Source: Candidatus Omnitrophota bacterium (GTDB taxonomy: Bacteria > Omnitrophota > Gorgyraeia > Gygaellales > JAQTUX01). From it: 47,470 nt of DNA. Both the position numbers and the translations under genes were made by a program. This document shows positions 42,590-47,470 of this stretch, one piece after another (positions within the stretch are counted from its first letter, which is position 1; the number at the start of each line of letters is the position of its first letter). The notes under the pieces are model-generated. The model worked only from the letters and a program-made list of their open reading frames with translations, did no database searches and was not told the origin of the DNA. The stretch covers positions 928,023-975,492 of the forward strand of contig JAQTUX010000001.1 of assembly GCA_028707125.1 (NCBI GenBank). The letters run 5' to 3'.

Positions 42590-42662
42590 GGGGCTGTAGC
42601 TCAGTTGGGAGAGCACCTCGTTCGCAACGAGGGGGTCAGGGGTTCAACTCCCCTCAGCTCCA
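42590..42662 (+). tRNA. tRNA-Ala (anticodon CGC), no encoded CCA
   Basis: I folded a 73-nt cloverleaf by hand. The parts are acceptor GGGGCTG/CAGCTCC with the G3:U70 alanine identity pair, D arm GCTC-AGTTGGGA-GAGC, anticodon arm CCTCG-TTCGCAA-CGAGG, T arm AGGGG-TTCAACT-CCCCT and discriminator A. Confidence 0.95.
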
Positions 42663-42694
42663 TTTTTCCTCGCATTTTCCCATCGGGAAAAATG

Positions 42695-42723
42695 GTCCTG
42701 AACGCCCGAAGGGCGTGAAGGAC
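42695..42723. repeat. 29-nt hairpin element, right copy (inverted orientation)
   Basis: The sequence is gtcctgaacgccc-gaa-gggcgtgaaggac. It starts 32 nt after the tRNA. Its reverse complement differs from the left copy at 3 positions, two of which form a compensatory pair. Confidence 0.85.
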
Positions 42724-42770
42724 CTTATAAGCGATGCCTATCTTCGCCATTATCCGGAGGAGACAGCAAA

Positions 42771-43316
42771 ATGCTCAATGAGGAGCAAAAAGAAAAATTA
42801 CTGCAAATCGCCAGGGGTTCGATCAGCGGTCATTTCAAAGGAAGCAAGAATGACGGGATATCCGTGAACGACCCAAAGTTAAATGAAAAAATGGGCGCGT
42901 TTGTCACCTTGCGGATAGGCGGCGAGCTCCGCGGCTGTATCGGCAGGATGGTAGGCGATCAGCCCCTCGCGCGGACGGTGGCTGATATGGCGATTGAGGC
43001 GGCGTTTTCCGACCCGCGGTTCGCGCCTTTAACGCGGGAAGAGCTTAAAGCAGTGAAGATCGAGATATCTGTGCTGTCGCCGATGCGTAAAGTTAGCTCT
43101 GCCGATGAAATAGAACTGGGCAGGCACGGCGTTATGGTCAGGAAGGGGTTCAGGACAGGGGTATTCCTGCCGCAGGTAGCCGAAGAGACAGGATGGTCAA
43201 AAGAAGAGTTTCTCTCAAACCTTTGTTCCCATAAAGCAGGGCTTTCTCCTATTGCCTGGAAAGACGGCTCTGCCGAGCTCCATGTCTTCAGCGCGGAGGT
43301 ATTTGAGGAAGAATGA
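42771..43316 (+). CDS. AMMECR1 domain protein
   Basis: The sequence GAFVTLRIGGELRGCIGRM...PRF.PL...EL..V.IEISVLSP is the characteristic AMMECR1 core. Confidence 0.88.
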   Translation: MLNEEQKEKLLQIARGSISGHFKGSKNDGISVNDPKLNEKMGAFVTLRIGGELRGCIGRMVGDQPLARTVADMAIEAAFSDPRFAPLTREELKAVKIEISVLSPMRKVSSADEIELGRHGVMVRKGFRTGVFLPQVAEETGWSKEEFLSNLCSHKAGLSPIAWKDGSAELHVFSAEVFEEE

Positions 43317-44038
43317 GACGGTTTTTCTGCCCGCCAGGGAACATATCCAAAGACAAGATAATCATAAACGATCTCAAAGAGCTGCGCCATATCCTTAAGG
43401 TGATGCGCGCGGAAAAAGGCGACAAGATCATTGTTTTTGACGGCCAGGGCAGGGAATACCTTGCTAAGATATCTGATATTAACAAAGATATGATGATCGC
43501 GGATAATTTAAAAGAAGAGAAAAGTGCGGCTGAGGCGGTTCATATTACGCTTGCCTGCGCTCTGCCCAAGAAGCAGAAGTTTGAGTTTATTATTGAGAAG
43601 GCGACCGAATTGGGGGTTGACAGGATCATTCCGTTGATGACGCAGAGGACAGAAGTGAAGATAGGGGGCAGCCGGCTTCAGGATAAATTAAAGAGATGGC
43701 AGACAGTCGCCGTTAACGCGGCCAAACAATGCCATAGGAGCGTTTTGCCCGAGATAACTGAAGTCAGGCAGATGCGCGAGATCTTTTCCGTCGGAAAGTT
43801 TAACCTTATTGTCATACCAGTGCTTTTTGGCGGAAGAAATAAACTCAGAGATGTTTTAACCCCGCGTTTTAAAGGCAGCGTGCTTGTCATAATAGGCCCT
43901 GAAGGCGATTTTACGCCTGATGAGGCGCATTTTGCGATCGCCAACGGCGCCAAGCCGGTCACGCTGGGGGAAACCGTGCTGAAGGTGGATACGGCGGCGA
44001 TAGTCAGTTTGGCAATGGTAAGGTGTTTGACTTTATGA
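43313..44038 (+). CDS. rsmE: 16S rRNA (uracil1498-N3)-methyltransferase
   Basis: It has the MRRFF N-terminus with a PUA-like domain and the SPOUT C-terminus VIIGPEGDFTPDE...LGETVLKVDTAA. Confidence 0.88.
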   Translation: MRRFFCPPGNISKDKIIINDLKELRHILKVMRAEKGDKIIVFDGQGREYLAKISDINKDMMIADNLKEEKSAAEAVHITLACALPKKQKFEFIIEKATELGVDRIIPLMTQRTEVKIGGSRLQDKLKRWQTVAVNAAKQCHRSVLPEITEVRQMREIFSVGKFNLIVIPVLFGGRNKLRDVLTPRFKGSVLVIIGPEGDFTPDEAHFAIANGAKPVTLGETVLKVDTAAIVSLAMVRCLTL

Positions 44039-45249
44039 AAACCATTAAATTCCATACATTGGGCTGCAAGGTCAACCAGTATGATACGCAGAGCATCAGG
44101 GAGCGTTTCGCGGGCAAGGGTTTTCTTGTTTCGGATAACGGAAAGCAGCCGGATATCTTTGTGATCAACACCTGCACAGTTACCCACGCGGCTGACAGGA
44201 AATCAAAATGGGCGATAAGGCAGGCAGTAAAGAATAATCCGTCGGCGCTTATTTTAGTGACGGGCTGCCTGGTAAAGAATGACTGGCGCAGCGTAGCCGC
44301 GATAGAGGGCGTGGATTGCGTCATAGACAAAGGGTTCTTTCCGTCGGGGATAAGCGATTTCTCCGGCAGGGCAAGGGCGTTTATTAAGGCGCAGGACGGC
44401 TGCGACAATAAATGCAGCTTCTGCAAGGTCCGGCTGGCAAGGGGGCGTTCGGTAAGCAGGCCAAAGGAAGAGGTCATTAAAGAGGCAAGGGGACTTGCCG
44501 CGGCGGGTTTCAAAGAGATCGTGCTTACCGGCATATGCCTGGGCGCTTACGGCAGGGACAGAGGGATCAAGGCCGGCCTGGTCCAGTTAATAGATGAGCT
44601 TGAGAAAATCCGAGGGCTGCGCAGGATACGCTTAAGCTCTATTGAGGCAGGCGATGTGACGGACGGCCTGATCGATAGAATAGCCGGTTCAAAGATCCTG
44701 TGCCCTCATTTACATATACCTTTTCAAAGCGGCGATGATCATATCTTGAAAAGAATGAACAAGACGCTTATCCGCGATGATCACATCAGGACGGTACGCG
44801 GATTGAAAGAAAAAATAGCGGACTTTGCCTTAAGCATGGATATCATGGTTGGTTTTCCGGGAGAGGAAGAAGCCAATTTCAAAAATACCGTGGATTTCAT
44901 AAAAGAGACAGAGCCGCTTAAGGTGCATATATTTCCCTACAGCAAGAGGGAAGGGACTGAGGCGGCCGGTTTCAAGGGCGAGGTGCCGCCTCACATATTG
45001 AGGCAGCGCCTTGATCATTTGGATAATTTATGCAAAGAGGTCTCACTGGATTTCAGGAAGAGATTTATCGGCAGGAGGCTGGAGGTGTTAATTGAGTCTA
45101 AGCCGGCCGGCGAGCCGTCAATGTATGAAGGCCACACTGCCAATTATATAAAGGTAAGAATGAAGTCCGGCCGTTCTTTACTCAATAAAGCCGTTACCGC
45201 AGAATTGGCAGAGATTTATGATAATTTTGCCGCAGGGTTGACAGTTTAG
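44035..45249 (+). CDS. mtaB: Radical-SAM methylthiotransferase, MtaB-like
   Basis: The MTTase N-domain motif is FHTLGCKVNQYDTQ and the radical-SAM cluster is CDNKCSFC. The ATG at 44035 has an ATGA overlap with rsmE, whereas the track start at 44023 is a GTG. I separate MtaB from MiaB/RimO by length and N-terminus only. Confidence 0.75.
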   Translation: MKTIKFHTLGCKVNQYDTQSIRERFAGKGFLVSDNGKQPDIFVINTCTVTHAADRKSKWAIRQAVKNNPSALILVTGCLVKNDWRSVAAIEGVDCVIDKGFFPSGISDFSGRARAFIKAQDGCDNKCSFCKVRLARGRSVSRPKEEVIKEARGLAAAGFKEIVLTGICLGAYGRDRGIKAGLVQLIDELEKIRGLRRIRLSSIEAGDVTDGLIDRIAGSKILCPHLHIPFQSGDDHILKRMNKTLIRDDHIRTVRGLKEKIADFALSMDIMVGFPGEEEANFKNTVDFIKETEPLKVHIFPYSKREGTEAAGFKGEVPPHILRQRLDHLDNLCKEVSLDFRKRFIGRRLEVLIESKPAGEPSMYEGHTANYIKVRMKSGRSLLNKAVTAELAEIYDNFAAGLTV

Positions 45250-45257
45250 CTTTTATA

Positions 45258-45266
45258 TGGTATACT
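45258..45266 (+). promoter_or_regulatory. Extended -10 element TGgTATACT 7 nt upstream of the cvpA ATG
   Basis: tggtatact lies at 45258-45266. The ATG is at 45274, with no SD and only taaccaa between. Confidence 0.35.
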
Positions 45267-45273
45267 TAACCAA

Positions 45274-45840
45274 ATGAAGGTCGCGCTGTCTAATTTAAAC
45301 TGGGTTGATATCTTTTGCCTAATCCTTTTAATAAGAATACTTTACGTTGCTGTAAAACAAGGTATAGTTATTGAGATATTTAAACTTCTAGGGTCTTTTT
45401 CATCCGTATTCTTTGCCTCTCATTATTACAGCGCGCTTTCAACAGCAATACCTTCCGGTATTAAGTGCCCGCGGGTAGTTGCCGATATGCTTTCTTTTAT
45501 AGCGCTCATTATAGCCGGTTACCTTCTGATATTTCTTTTAAGGATCGCCTTCTTCCGTTTTTTTAAAATAGAGGCCGCTCAGACGATCGATAAGTGGGCG
45601 GCATTGTTGATCGGCGCCATAAGGGGTACCCTTGTTATAAGTATTACGCTTTTATTCTTTCTGTTGACGTCCGCGCAATATCTATCTGCCAGTATCAAGA
45701 GTTCGTTCCTGGCGGTAAAAGCGGTCAATATCGCGCCGCGGGCTTACGCGGGGATGTGGGAGAATATTATGTCAAAATTTATCATTAATGATGAGATCAA
45801 CAGCGGCATATTTGAGGTCGCGCAAAGGGGGAGCGAATGA
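45274..45840 (+). CDS. cvpA: CvpA family membrane protein
   Basis: The N-terminus is LNWVDIFCLILLIRILYVAVKQG and there are about four TM helices, which is the CvpA pattern. Confidence 0.8.
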   Translation: MKVALSNLNWVDIFCLILLIRILYVAVKQGIVIEIFKLLGSFSSVFFASHYYSALSTAIPSGIKCPRVVADMLSFIALIIAGYLLIFLLRIAFFRFFKIEAAQTIDKWAALLIGAIRGTLVISITLLFFLLTSAQYLSASIKSSFLAVKAVNIAPRAYAGMWENIMSKFIINDEINSGIFEVAQRGSE

Positions 45841-46793
45841 AATTAGGGCGGCTTTATGAAATGGCGGTAGAATGCGGCATAGAGGCGGATCCACGCGGGG
45901 AAAAGAGCGTCAAGGAGGAGCTCGCGAAGAGAAAGGCCGACTATGATTCGCTTTCCGCCGAAGAAAAGAAAGAATTTGACATAGAATCATTGAAGAACCC
46001 CTATTCTGATACGCGAATACTTAACGGCGATCCCGGCACCGAAGTAAAGACATTGTTGGCGGGTATTGACATGGAAACCCCTGAATTGCTCCTCTGCCGG
46101 GCATTGTCTGAAAAAGAGCGAATAGACCTGGTAATATCGCATCATCCCGAAGGCAAGGCATTGTCCGCCCTTTACGGGGTCATGCATATACAGTCGGATA
46201 TACTGGCTAATTTAGGCGTGCCGGTAAGCGTGGCTGAGTCTCTTCTGGGCGAAAGGATTAAAGAGGTAGAGAGGAGGCTTATGCCGGTCAACCATACCAG
46301 ATGCGTGGACGCGGCGCGGCTGCTTGGTATTCCTTTTATGTGTATGCATACAGTGGCGGATAATCATGTTGCCAGTTATCTTCAGGGCCTGTTGGACAAA
46401 AATAAACCCCGGTATCTGGGAGATGTATTAAAGGTGCTAAAGGAGATACCCGAATACAAAGAAGCGATAAAGGAAGGCGTTGGTTTCCCCAAGATAATCC
46501 TGGGAGGCCCGGAGAAAAGAGCGGGAAAGATATTCGTGGATATGACAGGCGGCACAGAGGGCTCAAAGTCCATATTCAAGAACATTTCTGAGGCAGGGAT
46601 AGATACCTTGATCTGCATGCACCTGAGCGAAGAGCACTTTAAGAAAGCCAGAGAAGCGCGCGTTAACGTTATAATAGCGGGCCACATCACTTCCGATACG
46701 CTGGGCTTAAATCTTTTATTTGATAAGATGGAAAAGAAAGAGAAGCTTAAGGTTATCCCCTGTTCAGGTTTCAGGCGCATACCACGCAAGTAA
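45837..46793 (+). CDS. NIF3 (DUF34)-like metal-binding protein
   Basis: The motifs LVISHHPEG, CMHTVADN and IIAGHITSDTLGLN are spaced as in NIF3-family dinuclear-metal proteins. This is recognised by pattern only. Confidence 0.55.
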   Translation: MKLGRLYEMAVECGIEADPRGEKSVKEELAKRKADYDSLSAEEKKEFDIESLKNPYSDTRILNGDPGTEVKTLLAGIDMETPELLLCRALSEKERIDLVISHHPEGKALSALYGVMHIQSDILANLGVPVSVAESLLGERIKEVERRLMPVNHTRCVDAARLLGIPFMCMHTVADNHVASYLQGLLDKNKPRYLGDVLKVLKEIPEYKEAIKEGVGFPKIILGGPEKRAGKIFVDMTGGTEGSKSIFKNISEAGIDTLICMHLSEEHFKKAREARVNVIIAGHITSDTLGLNLLFDKMEKKEKLKVIPCSGFRRIPRK

Positions 46794-46851
46794 TATTTTT
46801 TTCACCTCAATTGAAAGCGTTTTCATACTTAGATAACCAGTCAAAGGAGCT

Positions 46852-47470
46852 ATGGCCGGTATCCCGCAGAATATTCTTGACGATATAATCAATAAGGTTG
46901 ATATCGTTGAGGTCATTTCCAGCTACATTCCGCTGAAGAAGGCGGGAAGGAATTTCAGGGCGGTCTGCCCTTTTCATCATGAGAAAACGCCTTCTTTTAT
47001 GGTGAGTTCCGACAAGCAGATCTACCACTGTTTCGGCTGCGGCGCCGGCGGCAACGTATTTAATTTTCTTATGCGCTACGAGCGCCTGGAATTTCCCGAG
47101 GCAGTGGAGGCGATGGCAAGGAAGGCGGGAGTGGCCCTGCCGAAGTTTCACAGCGCTGAGACCCGGAAGATCGAATCGCTGAGCAGCCAGCTGCACAATA
47201 TAAACGCGCTTGCCGCGGAATTTTATCATAAAAATATTTTTTCCGATGCGGGCGGCAGCGCGCGGGCATATCTTCATAAGCGCGGTATTACGGATGAAAA
47301 TATAAAGCAGTTCAATCTTGGGTTTGCTCCGGATAAATGGGACGGGCTTATTAATTTCTTAAGGGCCGGGGGCATAAGCGTTTCCCTGATCGAGAAGGCA
47401 GGCCTCGCGGTAAGCAAATCAGATAAGATGGGGTTCTATGACAGGTTCAGGAACAGGATAATCTTTCCCA
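46852..47470 (+). CDS. dnaG: DNA primase, 3'-truncated by the window edge, absent from the ORF track
   Basis: My own translation from the ATG at 46852 (SD aaaggag) is MAGIPQNILDDIINKVDIVEVISSYIPLKKAGRNFRAVCPFHHEKTPSFMVSSDKQIYHCFGCGAGGNVFNFLM..., which carries the canonical CHC2 zinc finger. The frame stays open to nt 47470. Confidence 0.93.
   Translation, partial: MAGIPQNILDDIINKVDIVEVISSYIPLKKAGRNFRAVCPFHHEKTPSFMVSSDKQIYHCFGCGAGGNVFNFLMRYERLEFPEAVEAMARKAGVALPKFHSAETRKIESLSSQLHNINALAAEFYHKNIFSDAGGSARAYLHKRGITDENIKQFNLGFAPDKWDGLINFLRAGGISVSLIEKAGLAVSKSDKMGFYDRFRNRIIFP

Noticed and set aside
31732-42724. Pilus cluster as an integrative genomic island (excisionase-like HTH at one end, tRNA at the other)
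   Set aside because: There is no integrase, no direct repeat of the tRNA 3' end, and no compositional break visible by eye. The repeats around the tRNA are inverted hairpins rather than att-like direct repeats.
42771-45249. AMMECR1 plus a nearby radical-SAM enzyme as an AmmeMemoRadiSam system
   Set aside because: No Memo-like gene is present. The radical-SAM protein has the MTTase N-domain (HTLGCKVNQYD) of MtaB/MiaB-type tRNA methylthiotransferases, and rsmE lies in between.
46807-47277. Minus-strand ORF of 156 aa, the only track ORF covering this region
   Set aside because: The + strand encodes a canonical DnaG zinc finger (CPFHHEKTPSF...YHCFGCGAGG) with an SD. The track omitted it only because it has no stop inside the window.

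Overview
The window is 47.5 kb at roughly 50% GC by eye. Every gene I can support lies on the + strand: about 50 CDS and one tRNA.

Content in order:
1. The 3' 5.5 kb of a giant secreted repeat protein, running off the 5' window edge.
2. Three small envelope genes: a SurA-N-like lipoprotein, a HAMP membrane protein and a secreted HExxH protein.
3. rplM-rpsI.
4. A ~15-kb uninterrupted biosynthetic string: argC-argJ-argB-argD-argF-(orphan secreted ORF)-argG-argH-lysA-dapF-dapA-dapB-dapL-folK-panC-nadX.
5. A small basic tandem-repeat protein, then uvrA.
6. A large TPR protein plus ExbB/TolQ-like, ExbD/TolR-like and TonB-like genes and a Zn-ribbon membrane peptide.
7. A type IV pilus / T2SS-like cluster in four apparent transcription units. 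These are wHTH + PilX-like; a 59-aa HTH ORF absent from the track + fused PilM/N-PilO-PilP-like-PilQ; PilB-PilC; and four prepilins + a Cys-rich secreted protein.
8. tRNA-Ala(CGC), bracketed by inverted hairpin repeats.
9. AMMECR1-rsmE-mtaB-cvpA-NIF3-like-dnaG, with dnaG running off the 3' edge.

I saw no CRISPR array, transposase, integrase, rRNA or obvious prophage. Most of the window is ordinary housekeeping, and I cannot demonstrate a new multi-gene system from sequence alone.

The most checkable oddities are:
- eight tandem ~150-160-aa modules of an unassigned family in the giant protein;
- argH as a sharply bounded low-GC gene inside an otherwise uniform operon;
- two copies of a conserved hairpin bracketing argG-argH;
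- tandem MshEN-type c-di-GMP-binding motifs in PilB;
- a disulfide-rich secreted protein with a tail-fibre-like motif closing the pilin operon;
- inverted hairpin repeats with a compensatory base-pair change flanking tRNA-Ala;
- several genes whose -10 box sits only 7-10 nt from the ATG, which suggests leaderless mRNAs.

I cannot assign a taxon without a search. The gene content and repeat elements fit an uncultivated (metagenome-derived) bacterium.
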